From an uncultured Solirubrobacteraceae bacterium (GTDB taxonomy: Bacteria; Actinomycetota; Thermoleophilia; Solirubrobacterales; Solirubrobacteraceae): a DNA stretch of 64,000 nt. Location: positions 96,001-160,000 of the forward strand of contig CAZPQW010000003.1 of assembly GCA_964588985.1 (NCBI GenBank), given 5' to 3'. The notes under the pieces were generated by a model. It did not search any database, was not told where the DNA came from, and saw only the letters and a program-made list of their open reading frames with translations. Each line of letters starts with the position of its first letter. The stretch's first letter is position 1. Shown here one piece after another: positions 9,341 through 18,360 of this stretch. The translations under genes were made by a program, and so were the position numbers.

Positions 9341-11719
9341 TTGAAGACATGTCGGGAGACTGCAATGCGCGGTTGGACGGTGTCGATTCGTGGCGCTCTC
9401 ACCGGCATCGCCATGGCCATAGCATTGTCCGCGCTGCTCGCTGCGACGCTGCTGTTTGAGTCCGGCGACGCCTTCGCCCTCTCGTCCTGTCCAAATGCCG
9501 CCGAGATCACGGGGGCATCGACCTCGCTTCCCGATTGCCGCGCCTACGAGAAGGTCTCCCCGACAGAAAAGGGTGGCTTCGCATCAATCACGGCGGGGCT
9601 CACACCCGTTCAGCTTTCCCCCGAAGGCGAACGAATCGCCTATTTCGGAAATGAGGCCTTCCCTGGAGCGCTGGGTAACACCGCGTTGTTGGCTGCGCAC
9701 GTCAGCGCTCGATCCGAAACCGGCTGGGAAACAACCGAGCTAACGCCAGAAGTGCCCATCGCCGAAGCGGCGAAGGCCTACGTGGTCGGCTATGACTTCT
9801 CGAAGGACGTTTCACAGGCGGTCATCCGCGTACCGCTGGTCGCACTGACGCCGAAAGCGACACCGGGGGTCTTCAACCTCTTCCTGCGCGATCCGAGCGG
9901 AGCCTACTCGCTGGTGAACAACGCGCAGCCAACGGTCTCGGCCGAAGCACAGTGCCCCGTGGCGCTGCTTGCGATCTGCTTCTTCATCGCCGACTTCTCG
10001 GCATACGCCGGCGCGTCTGAAGACGAGTCGCACATCCTCTTCGAGTCGACCTCGCAGCTCACGCCCGAAGCGCCCCCGCCAGTAGAAGAAATTCCCGTCG
10101 AAAGCCTCTACGAAAGCTCCGGCGGGCACGTTCGGCTTGTCGGCATCCTGCCCAGCGGCAGCCCCGCCACCAGCGCGACGGCCGGCGCTGGCAGCAAGGC
10201 CGCGTACACCACTGGCGAATACATCGACAGGCGCGTGGAAAACGCGATCTCGAAAGACGGCTCGCAGGTCGTCTTCCAGGCACCCGCCGGTGGCGGCGAA
10301 GGCGAACCGGACATCGAACAAGCCGGCCTCCCGGAGGTCTACGATCGGATCGACGCTGAAACGACCGTCGAGCTGTCGGCCCCTGCGCCAGGGCCAGCGC
10401 CGGCCGTCACGACCCCTGAGCCGGCAACGTTCTGGGCTGCCTCCCAAGATGGGTCGCACGTCTTCTTCACAAGCAGCGCCGAGCTGACCGCACAGTCGAA
10501 CACGGGCAGCGAAAACAACGGCGCCGACCTATACGAATACAACGTCGACAGCCGGTCGCTGAAAGACATCACCGTCGACACGAACGGCGCGGACGCCACG
10601 ACGGGGCCGATGGTTCAGGGTGTCGTCGGCGCGTCGAGCGACGGCTCGTACATCTATTTCGTGGCGCTGGGTCAGCTGGTCCCCGGCAAAGGCGTCGACG
10701 GCCAGCCGAACCTCTACATGGAGCACAACGGCGGCAACCCGGTGTTCATCGCCACGCTGAGCAGCTCCGGAACGTGTTCGCTGCGCTCGGAAAAAAGCAG
10801 CGCGGATTCCTGCGACTGGACCGCCTCTCCAGCAGAACTCGAGGCGTACGTCGGGCTCGACGGAAGGCATATGGCATTCATGTCGACGATGAGCCTGCCG
10901 ACGGCGAACTTCGAATCGGGATACGACAACACCGACCAGATCACGGGCGAAGCCGACAGCGAGGTTTACGAGTTCAGCGCCCCGAGCGAATCCGAAGAAT
11001 CGGGGAGGCTGATATGCGTATCGTGCGATCTCAGCGGCGCCCGACCGGTCGGCAACGCTCTGATAGGCGGCATCACGCAGCTGGTCGAATCAAAACCCGG
11101 TAAGCAGCCGTTTGCGGGGATGAGCACACCGTTTGCGCGCGTGCGCGCCCTGAACGAAGCCGGCACTCGAGTGTTCTACAGCGCTCCGGGTAGGCAGGGT
11201 CATCCATTCAGTCAGGTCTTCGAGTACGAGCAGGACGGAGAAGGCAGCTGCGAAACCGTTGGCGGTTGTCAATATCTCATCTCCGACCCCACCGGCGGCG
11301 CAAACGACCAGTTCCTGGGTACGAGCTTGGATGGTCGCGACGCTCTTATCGCCACGTCGAGCCGACTCACCGCGGACGACATCGACAATCTCTCCGATGT
11401 CTACGATGCTCGTGCTGGGGGAGGCTTCACGGTGCCAGTCGCCCCTGCCACGTGTGAAAACACGTGCCGCGAACCAGGCGCGACGCCCAGTGCTGGTCCG
11501 CCGTTGCTGAGCGCCTCGACAGGACCTTCCAGAAACCTGACGATCACCACGGCGAAGCCTCTGACGAGAGCACAGAAGCTGGCAAAGGCCCTGAAGGCAT
11601 GTCGCGCGAAACGCAGCAGACGCAAGCGCGCGAGCTGCGAGTCCGCGGCACGACGGCACTACGGCGAGAGGAAAGGGATGGCCACGAGGTCCGCGACCCA
11701 TCGGGGGGCGAAGCGATGA
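9341..11719 (+). CDS. Secreted beta-propeller (TolB/PD40-like repeats) protein with basic C-terminal motif; start may be ATG 9365
   Basis: Signal peptide, LPDCRAYEKVSP, repeated AS.DGS.V.F.S units, tail KPLTRAQKLAKALKAC...C. Confidence 0.85.
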   Translation: MKTCRETAMRGWTVSIRGALTGIAMAIALSALLAATLLFESGDAFALSSCPNAAEITGASTSLPDCRAYEKVSPTEKGGFASITAGLTPVQLSPEGERIAYFGNEAFPGALGNTALLAAHVSARSETGWETTELTPEVPIAEAAKAYVVGYDFSKDVSQAVIRVPLVALTPKATPGVFNLFLRDPSGAYSLVNNAQPTVSAEAQCPVALLAICFFIADFSAYAGASEDESHILFESTSQLTPEAPPPVEEIPVESLYESSGGHVRLVGILPSGSPATSATAGAGSKAAYTTGEYIDRRVENAISKDGSQVVFQAPAGGGEGEPDIEQAGLPEVYDRIDAETTVELSAPAPGPAPAVTTPEPATFWAASQDGSHVFFTSSAELTAQSNTGSENNGADLYEYNVDSRSLKDITVDTNGADATTGPMVQGVVGASSDGSYIYFVALGQLVPGKGVDGQPNLYMEHNGGNPVFIATLSSSGTCSLRSEKSSADSCDWTASPAELEAYVGLDGRHMAFMSTMSLPTANFESGYDNTDQITGEADSEVYEFSAPSESEESGRLICVSCDLSGARPVGNALIGGITQLVESKPGKQPFAGMSTPFARVRALNEAGTRVFYSAPGRQGHPFSQVFEYEQDGEGSCETVGGCQYLISDPTGGANDQFLGTSLDGRDALIATSSRLTADDIDNLSDVYDARAGGGFTVPVAPATCENTCREPGATPSAGPPLLSASTGPSRNLTITTAKPLTRAQKLAKALKACRAKRSRRKRASCESAARRHYGERKGMATRSATHRGAKR

Positions 11720-14700
11720 CGCCACTGGGACCAGGTCGCATGCGAGCAACGAGGCGCGGTCGCCGAGGGGCGTGCCTGACGGTCATGGCAATGGTGCTGT
11801 GCATAGCGCCGAGGGCCGCGACGGCCGCAACGCCAGCGGCACATTGGACCGCGATCACCCAGGCAGCGCCTACATACCTCCATCCGGGTGATACCAGCGA
11901 TTTCTTCGAAATCATCGCCGATAACGACGGTTCGGCAACGGCGGGAGGACCGATCGTCATCACCGATCAGCTTCCGGCTGGTCTGGCTGTGAACGCTGCC
12001 ACCGCCTACGCGGAAATCCTCGGTGTGCGAGAGACATCGTTCGAAGAATTCCTCGAACCCTGCACGCAGGAAAGCAAAGCAGGCGCCGTGACGCTGACAT
12101 GCACGATCAACGCGAACGTGCCGATCGGCCGCGCGGTCGTGCTGAACATCAACGTCCAAGTGCCCGAAGGCGCAGCGGGAGCGCTTACGAACACGGCGAC
12201 GATCTCGGGGGGTGGCGCGCCGCAAGCCACGACCACCGTGACGGCACCCGTAAAACCGGCCTCAGAAGAAGCCGTGCCATTTGGAGCCGCGCTCACGGCC
12301 GACGCGACCGACGCGAGTGGGGGAGTCGCATCGCAAGCTGGAGCGCATCCCTTCATGTTCACCACGCTTTTGGACTTCAATGTCGCAAAGGTGAACCCGA
12401 TAGAGGAATGCAACGAAGGTCTCACGCACAGCTGCGCTGAACTGAACGCACAGGCCAAGGACATCGAAGTGGCCCTGCCGGCAGGTTTCGTGGTCAACCC
12501 CACGGCGATCCCCTACTGCACGCAGGCGCAGTTCGAACTCAGCCGAGAAAGCTGTCCGGCGGCATCACAGGTCGGCAGCATCTATCTGTACTTCTATTCG
12601 AACCAAACAGCCGTCCAGTATGCGCCTGTCTACAACATCGAACCGCCTCCGGGAGAGCCCGGCGAGCTCGGCTTCACCATCAGCACCACGGCTCATATCT
12701 CCATGTACGGCCACGTGCGCAGTGACGGAGACTACGGACTTACCGCCGACATCTCAGGCATAAATCAATTCGACCCGGTGCGAGCCGCGGCCCTATCACT
12801 CTGGGGCAACCCATCCGATGAAGCCCACAACGTGCTTCGCCTGACCGAACTCCAGACCTGCGAACCGGGCGAAGGCTGCTCGAGCGGCGTCATCTTGCCG
12901 AAACCGTTCCTGACGATGCCGACGAGCTGTTCGGCGGAACCGCTGGCCATTCCGATAGCGGGCGACTCCTGGCAGGAACGCAAGCCGGCGCCTTACCCGC
13001 ACCTTGGGGAAGCGAGCATCCCCGGAATGACCGGCTGCGATCAGCTCAGGTTCAACCCATCCCTAACGGCGCAACCAAGCAGTCATCGGGCCGGCGCGCC
13101 GACCGGATATGAGCTCGACCTGAAGGTGCCGCAGAACGAAGAACTCAACGGGCTCGCGACACCATCCGTCCGCAACGTCGAAGTGACACTGCCGGAAGGC
13201 ACGGTCGTCTCGCCGTCGGGGGCCAACGGGCTGGTGGCGTGCAGCGCAGCGCAGTTCGAACTGACGCAGCGCGCAAAGGGCCACTGTCCGAGCGCGTCCA
13301 AGATCGGATCGGTGGAAATAACGACGCCGCTCTTGAAGGACAAGGTCAACGGGGCGCTGTACGTCGGCGAACCAGAATGCTCGCCCTGCAGCCCCAGTCA
13401 AGCCGAATCTGGGCAGATGGTGCACCTCCTGCTCGAAGCCGAAGGCTCCGGTGTCGTCATCAAGCGCGAAGGACACACACGCATCAGCCAGGCGGGGGGA
13501 CAGCTGACGGCGGTCTTCACCGAAAACCCGCAGCTTCCGTTCAGCGATCTGCACGTCTCGCTCGAACAGGGACCAGGTGCTCCGCTTGTCAACTCGAGCA
13601 CATGTGGATCGACGATCACGACTGCCGCGATCACCCCGTGGAGCACGACGACAGCGTCGAAAATCGCGGCGCCGGAAGCGTCGATCGAAGGCTGTGCTCC
13701 TGAAGGCTTCGCGCCATCGTTCCGGGCCGGCGCGACCACCAGCGCCAAGTCCGGTGCGTTCACGGGCTTCTCGGTCACCATGTCGCGTGCGGACGGCGAA
13801 CAGAAGCTCGGGCGGGTCAGTGTGACCACGCCGCCCGGGATGCTGGGCGTGCTCAAGAGCGTCGAACAGTGCTCCGAAGCAGCGGCTAACGCGGGAACGT
13901 GCTCGGGAGCCTCGCAGATCGGGACGGGCTCGTTCACGCTTGGCGCAGGCTCAACGCCACTGACGATCAACGGCGGAAAGGTCTACCTCACCGGCCCATA
14001 CGAGGGCAAGCCATTCGGTCTCTCGATCGTCGCACCCGCGCAGGCAGGACCGTTCGTCCTGGCGGGGAACGCGGGGAACGGCACAGAGGTCGTGAGGGCG
14101 TCGATTGCTATCGATCCACACACCTCCGCGCTTACCGTAACGAGCGATCCGCTGCCACAGCAGCTCAACGGCGTGCCATTGAGCATCCGGACGATCAACA
14201 TCGACATCAATCGCGAAGGCTTTACATTCAACCCCACCAACTGCGACGCGATGTCTGTCAACGGAGTGATCGTGAGCGCGACCGGGACCATCAGCAACGC
14301 GTCGTTCCCGTTCCAGGCGACTGACTGCGGGATCCTCCCGTTCAGGCCAAGGTTCACGGCGACCACACAGGGCAAGACGAGCAAAAAAAACGGAGCGTCC
14401 CTGCACGTGAGAGTCACCTCGGGTCACGGGCAGGCGAACATCGGGAAAGTCAAGGTGAGTCTGCCGATCCAGCTGCCGTCGAGGTTGGCGACGCTGCAGA
14501 AAGCGTGCATCGACAGCGTCTTCGAAGCCAACCCAGCCTCGTGCCCCGCTGCGTCTGCGGTCGGACAAGCCACGGCGATCACGCCGCTGCTGAAGCGCCC
14601 GCTGACCGGGCCGGCATATCTTGTGTCGCACGCTGGTAGGGCGTTCCCCGACCTGCAGATCGTCCTGCAGGGAGAAGGCATCAACCTGGTCCTCACCGGC

Positions 14701-14961
14701 AACACGGACATCAAGAAAGGCGTGACCTCGAGCACCTTCAAAGCCGTTCCCGATGCACCGATCACGAGCTTCGACCTCGTGTTGCCCGAGGGTCCTCATT
14801 CGGTGTTCGCGGCATTCGGCAACCTCTGCACCAGCACGCTGAACATGCCAACGATCATCACCGGGCAAAACGGCGCGGTGATCAAACAGACGACGAAGAT
14901 CGCCGCGACCGGCTGCCCGAAGCGCAAGACCAGCAAGCACTCGACCACGAAGAAAGGCTGA
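11716..14961 (+). CDS. Large secreted protein (1081 aa): DUF11-like domain plus four disulfide-bearing beta modules
   Basis: ATGA overlap with upstream stop; ITDQLPAGL/LTNTATISGGG; four V..P.G...C...C(P/S).AS.(V/I)G repeats. Confidence 0.88.
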   Translation: MTPLGPGRMRATRRGRRGACLTVMAMVLCIAPRAATAATPAAHWTAITQAAPTYLHPGDTSDFFEIIADNDGSATAGGPIVITDQLPAGLAVNAATAYAEILGVRETSFEEFLEPCTQESKAGAVTLTCTINANVPIGRAVVLNINVQVPEGAAGALTNTATISGGGAPQATTTVTAPVKPASEEAVPFGAALTADATDASGGVASQAGAHPFMFTTLLDFNVAKVNPIEECNEGLTHSCAELNAQAKDIEVALPAGFVVNPTAIPYCTQAQFELSRESCPAASQVGSIYLYFYSNQTAVQYAPVYNIEPPPGEPGELGFTISTTAHISMYGHVRSDGDYGLTADISGINQFDPVRAAALSLWGNPSDEAHNVLRLTELQTCEPGEGCSSGVILPKPFLTMPTSCSAEPLAIPIAGDSWQERKPAPYPHLGEASIPGMTGCDQLRFNPSLTAQPSSHRAGAPTGYELDLKVPQNEELNGLATPSVRNVEVTLPEGTVVSPSGANGLVACSAAQFELTQRAKGHCPSASKIGSVEITTPLLKDKVNGALYVGEPECSPCSPSQAESGQMVHLLLEAEGSGVVIKREGHTRISQAGGQLTAVFTENPQLPFSDLHVSLEQGPGAPLVNSSTCGSTITTAAITPWSTTTASKIAAPEASIEGCAPEGFAPSFRAGATTSAKSGAFTGFSVTMSRADGEQKLGRVSVTTPPGMLGVLKSVEQCSEAAANAGTCSGASQIGTGSFTLGAGSTPLTINGGKVYLTGPYEGKPFGLSIVAPAQAGPFVLAGNAGNGTEVVRASIAIDPHTSALTVTSDPLPQQLNGVPLSIRTINIDINREGFTFNPTNCDAMSVNGVIVSATGTISNASFPFQATDCGILPFRPRFTATTQGKTSKKNGASLHVRVTSGHGQANIGKVKVSLPIQLPSRLATLQKACIDSVFEANPASCPAASAVGQATAITPLLKRPLTGPAYLVSHAGRAFPDLQIVLQGEGINLVLTGNTDIKKGVTSSTFKAVPDAPITSFDLVLPEGPHSVFAAFGNLCTSTLNMPTIITGQNGAVIKQTTKIAATGCPKRKTSKHSTTKKG

Positions 14962-15053
14962 CGAGGACCGGAGCCCGCAAGTTCCTCGAAGCGTTTCTAA
15001 CTAGCGCGAAGTTGTAGCGCTCGGGCACGCATGGCCCCGATCGAATGAGCCGG

Positions 15054-15176
15054 GCTGGGGGTAGTAGGCCTCAAATGGCTCCGAGGTACGCTCCATCTCT
15101 TGCGGAAGTGCGCACCTCGGAGCCGAACCATAGTCACGACCTCGGCCAACGGGCCTAGATCACAACGACCTAGAGC
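15054..15176 (+). other. Conserved structured element, copy B
   Basis: Homologous to 8301-8419; 14/15-bp stem 15077-15091/15110-15124 precedes and partly overlaps the identical core. Confidence 0.6.
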
Positions 15177-15275
15177 GTAAAGCCATTTCGGGACCGCGGC
15201 TGCGATTAGTTTCGAAGTCTGGGCACGAGCTGACCCTGAGCACCCGGTCCCCGGCCCCGCGGCAACTGATGCACT

Positions 15276-15360
15276 CCCGGCCAATTGGAACTGCGGACCC
15301 CAGCGACCCTAGACCTTGCGACGGTCTCCGTGGGGCTCAAAACCAAACTGATGCACTACC
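15276..15360 (+). mobile_element. Orphan right end of an IS1-like element (copy of 18413-18496)
   Basis: ~85-bp near-identical direct repeat ending in IR CAAACTGATGCACTACC; extra degenerate IR at 15263-15278. Confidence 0.85.
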
Positions 15361-15430
15361 CCCATACGGGTAGTGCATCAGTTTGAGATTGGCCCACTAC
15401 TGGCCTGCATCTCGGGCTACGTTTCGGAGC

Positions 15431-15670
15431 ATGCAAGCCGACGAGACGCAACGCCAGATTGTCCGCCTGGTGCTCGAACGCGAGCGCGAGCTGGCGGGTC
15501 TTGAGCGGCTTCTCGGCTCGGGCGCTGTAACTGCGGTCAAGCTGCTCGCGGCCGATGGTGTCGTGATCCGGCATGGCGAGCGGCTATGGGCCTCCCCGTG
15601 CCTGTCTCGGCTGGATGGCTTGGGGCTTGTGGCTCCGCATAGCGATGTTCATGCGGATGCTGTCCAGTAG
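15431..15670 (+). CDS. Small winged-helix-like protein at left end of element
   Basis: TACGTT 7 nt before ATG; pattern similar to ORF 18091-18360. Confidence 0.6.
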   Translation: MQADETQRQIVRLVLERERELAGLERLLGSGAVTAVKLLAADGVVIRHGERLWASPCLSRLDGLGLVAPHSDVHADAVQ

Positions 15671-15701
15671 TGGCATGAAGATGGCTCGCTACTATCAGGC
15701 T

Positions 15702-15941
15702 ATGCCCGACCGCTCACGCAAGCGCCCACGCGACCCGAGCCAGCTCGGGAAGCTGATTGTGGACATCGCCACGGGCGACGTCGAGGACACCGCGCCGGAC
15801 GACGGCAAGAACCCCGCCGCCGTCGAGCTGGGCCGCAAAGGCGGCCTCAAGGGCGGCAGGGCTAGAGCTGAGAGGATGACAGCTGAGGAACGAAGCAAAG
15901 CTGCTCAGCGCGCGGCACGTGCTCGCTGGACGAAAGGCTAG
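15702..15941 (+). CDS. Small basic IS-associated protein (often annotated histone H1-like/RNA-binding)
   Basis: RPRDPSQLGKLIVDIATG...KNPAAVELGRKGGLKGGRARA; TACTAT 6 nt before ATG. Confidence 0.85.
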   Translation: MPDRSRKRPRDPSQLGKLIVDIATGDVEDTAPDDGKNPAAVELGRKGGLKGGRARAERMTAEERSKAAQRAARARWTKG

Positions 15942-16132
15942 ACAGGCGTTTGCGCCGTTTCCTGGCTGCTCGAAACGATTGCCTTGTCTTCGGCCGGCTC
16001 CCAACGGGGTCGTCCAGGGAAGGCGTCAGTTGCCCCGTCCCACGACGTGATGTCACGCGAGACAATGGCGGCGTGGGAGACGAACTCACTCGATGTCATT
16101 TGCTCAATCGGCGTGATCTTCCCAGCCATCAT
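15938..16132 (-). CDS. Small hypothetical protein coupled to SDH protease
   Basis: ATGA overlap with protease stop, RBS AAGGAGG. Confidence 0.55.
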   Translation of the reverse strand: MMAGKITPIEQMTSSEFVSHAAIVSRDITSWDGATDAFPGRPRWEPAEDKAIVSSSQETAQTPV

Positions 16133-17148
16133 TCCTCCTTTAGTCGGCCGAAGGCCGTAATCCTGCTTGCCAATAGTGCTCTCTCGACTGCCTTCACGCG
16201 CTCGTTCAATGAATCCGTGGCATCAACAAGCGGCAGAAACCCGCCCGATTCGACCTCCTGTCGATCGATCACGAACCCATGCTCAGGATACCGGTTCACA
16301 AGCCAATCGGCGATCTTATTCGCCCGCTCCTCGGGAGCGCCGGCCAACAGGAGGAGTCGCACTGCGTAGTGCTGCGCGACGGCCAGAATGCGGGCTTGCT
16401 TAGCATAATGCACAGCGTCGATCTTGTTGAGCATTGGACACATCATGTCGCTCACGAACTTGGCGGCGATCGGGAGCAGGACGTCTGTTTTTTTGTGGGT
16501 CGCGCCTACCATCGTGACCATCGTCTGGTCTAGGTGTTGGAGCGCCACAGAGTGGAGCTGTTCGAGCGCTTGAACCTCGTTGAGGGCGCTACCCGGCTCC
16601 TCGCGCTCCTCGTCCCACAACTGAGCGTCGAGAGGGCCGATCTCAGCGTCCTCTCCCATGAGCGCGCGTGTTGCCCCAAGCGAAAGCAGCGTGGCAGCGC
16701 TCTTGGCATACCGCGGAATCACCACCGTAAAGCCGCCATCTCGTTGCAGAACGCGAGCAAGGCGGTAGGCAACCTCTGCAAGGCCGCCGGGCGAGTCGAT
16801 CAGAAGGGCTACGTGGCCGTCGGATGCCAGTTCGTCTCGTGCATCGAGGAATTTCGTGAGAAGCGGCTCGTAGAGGCCAATTGGTCGTTGGGCGCCAGAC
16901 TGCACAAGCATCCATACAGGCACACCTAGTGCTGTCTCCAGCTCCTTGACGGCTTTGCCGAAGTCATCCGGTAGAGGACCATGCGGCGCCAAGCTCCCGC
17001 TATAGAAGGTTCGTTTCGGGGTTGCCGCTGGTTTGCTGGCCTTTGACGCGGCAGCGACCGCCGCCTTCGCCGTCGCCCGCGGTGCTCGACCGTTGCTCTT
17101 CCGTCCGTTCGCTGATCGGGACGGGACAGCTGCAGGCGATTCGGCCAC
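16129..17148 (-). CDS. SDH-family (ClpP/SppA-fold) serine protease, element cargo
   Basis: IDSPGG, AKSAATL, GPLDAQ, YPEHG; GTG start 6 nt after TACACT. Confidence 0.85.
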   Translation of the reverse strand: MAESPAAVPSRSANGRKSNGRAPRATAKAAVAAASKASKPAATPKRTFYSGSLAPHGPLPDDFGKAVKELETALGVPVWMLVQSGAQRPIGLYEPLLTKFLDARDELASDGHVALLIDSPGGLAEVAYRLARVLQRDGGFTVVIPRYAKSAATLLSLGATRALMGEDAEIGPLDAQLWDEEREEPGSALNEVQALEQLHSVALQHLDQTMVTMVGATHKKTDVLLPIAAKFVSDMMCPMLNKIDAVHYAKQARILAVAQHYAVRLLLLAGAPEERANKIADWLVNRYPEHGFVIDRQEVESGGFLPLVDATDSLNERVKAVERALLASRITAFGRLKEE

Positions 17149-17242
17149 CGCCCGAGTGTACATAGACTCCAGGCGGAGTTCCAAAAATCTTGACGATTGT
17201 TGTCGATTGACCCAGCCTAGGGGCCTTAGACGATCTGCCGTT

Positions 17243-18094
17243 CTGTCCGACCGCTCACGCATAAGGTTGAGCATCGAGCGGCGCGCGCAGATCCTCGCGA
17301 TGCTCACGGAGGGGAACAGCATGAGGGCGACGGCCCGTATGGCGGGCTGCTCGTTCAACACGGTGTCGAAGCTGCTGCTGGACGTGGGCGGGGTCTGCAC
17401 GGAGTTTCAGGACCGCACGCTGCGCGATCTGCGCTGCACGGAGGTCCAGTGCGATGAGATCTGGAGCTTCGTCGGCTCGAAGGCCAAGAACGTGCCCGAG
17501 GATCGCAAGGACGAGTTCGGCGTCGGGGACGTGTGGTGCTGGGTCGCGATCGACGCCGAGTCCAAGCTGGTCCCGTCATGGCTGCTCGGGGAGCGCAAGA
17601 TCGGCGACTGCACCACGTTCCTCAACGACCTACGCGACCGGCTCCGCTATCGCATCCAGCTCTCCACGGACGCGCACGCGAGCTACAAGGGCGCTGTGGG
17701 CCTCGTGTTCGGAGGCGACATCGACTGGGCGCAGATCATCAAGGACTACAAGGCTACGAACATCCCTCCGGGCCGCTACAGCCCGCCAGCCTGCACGGGC
17801 GTCCGAGTCAAGGCGCAGCTCGGAGACCCGGATCTCGCCAAGGCCAGCACCAGCTACATCGAGCGTCAGAACCTCACGATGAGGATGAACATGCGCCGGT
17901 ACACGAGGCTGACCAACGCGTTCTCGAAGAAACTGGAGAGCCACGCGGCGGCGGTGGCGCTGCACTTCATGGCCTACAACTTCGTGCGTCTGCACCGGAC
18001 GCTCGCTAGCCCGTATCCACGTACCCCGGCTATGGCAGCCGGGGTAGCAGACCACATCTGGACGCTGCAAGAGGTTGCAGCGCTACTTGACTAA
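17243..18094 (+). CDS. IS1-family DDE transposase (start codon uncertain: CTG 17243, TTG 17267 or ATG 17300)
   Basis: HTH EGNSMRATAR; QCDEIW, LSTD, IERQNLTMR, TNAFSKK, TPAMAAG. Confidence 0.92.
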   Translation: MSDRSRIRLSIERRAQILAMLTEGNSMRATARMAGCSFNTVSKLLLDVGGVCTEFQDRTLRDLRCTEVQCDEIWSFVGSKAKNVPEDRKDEFGVGDVWCWVAIDAESKLVPSWLLGERKIGDCTTFLNDLRDRLRYRIQLSTDAHASYKGAVGLVFGGDIDWAQIIKDYKATNIPPGRYSPPACTGVRVKAQLGDPDLAKASTSYIERQNLTMRMNMRRYTRLTNAFSKKLESHAAAVALHFMAYNFVRLHRTLASPYPRTPAMAAGVADHIWTLQEVAALLD

Positions 18095-18360
18095 AGGACC
18101 TGGCCGACGATCTGCACCAGCCGGAACGCTGGCCGCGTAGCGAACACGTAGCCGTCGGACGTTTTGTTGACCAGTCCCGCGCGGTGCAGGCCGTTGACGT
18201 AGTCGATCACGTCGGTGCGGTCCATCTCGCGGTTGAGATCGGCTATCGACCACAACGGCTGCCCGTCAGGGTCGGTCAGCGCGTAGAGGGTGTCGCGTTC
18301 GACCGCCTCGAACCTCTCCACGCGTTCCTCGACAGTCTCAAAGGTATCCTCATCGGGCAT
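18091..18360 (-). CDS. Small winged-helix-like protein at right end of element
   Basis: WSIADLNRE...LHRAGLV..SDGYVFATR; preceded by GGCCGGGG/CCCCGGCC hairpin and GAAAGG RBS. Confidence 0.7.
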   Translation of the reverse strand: MPDEDTFETVEERVERFEAVERDTLYALTDPDGQPLWSIADLNREMDRTDVIDYVNGLHRAGLVNKTSDGYVFATRPAFRLVQIVGQVL

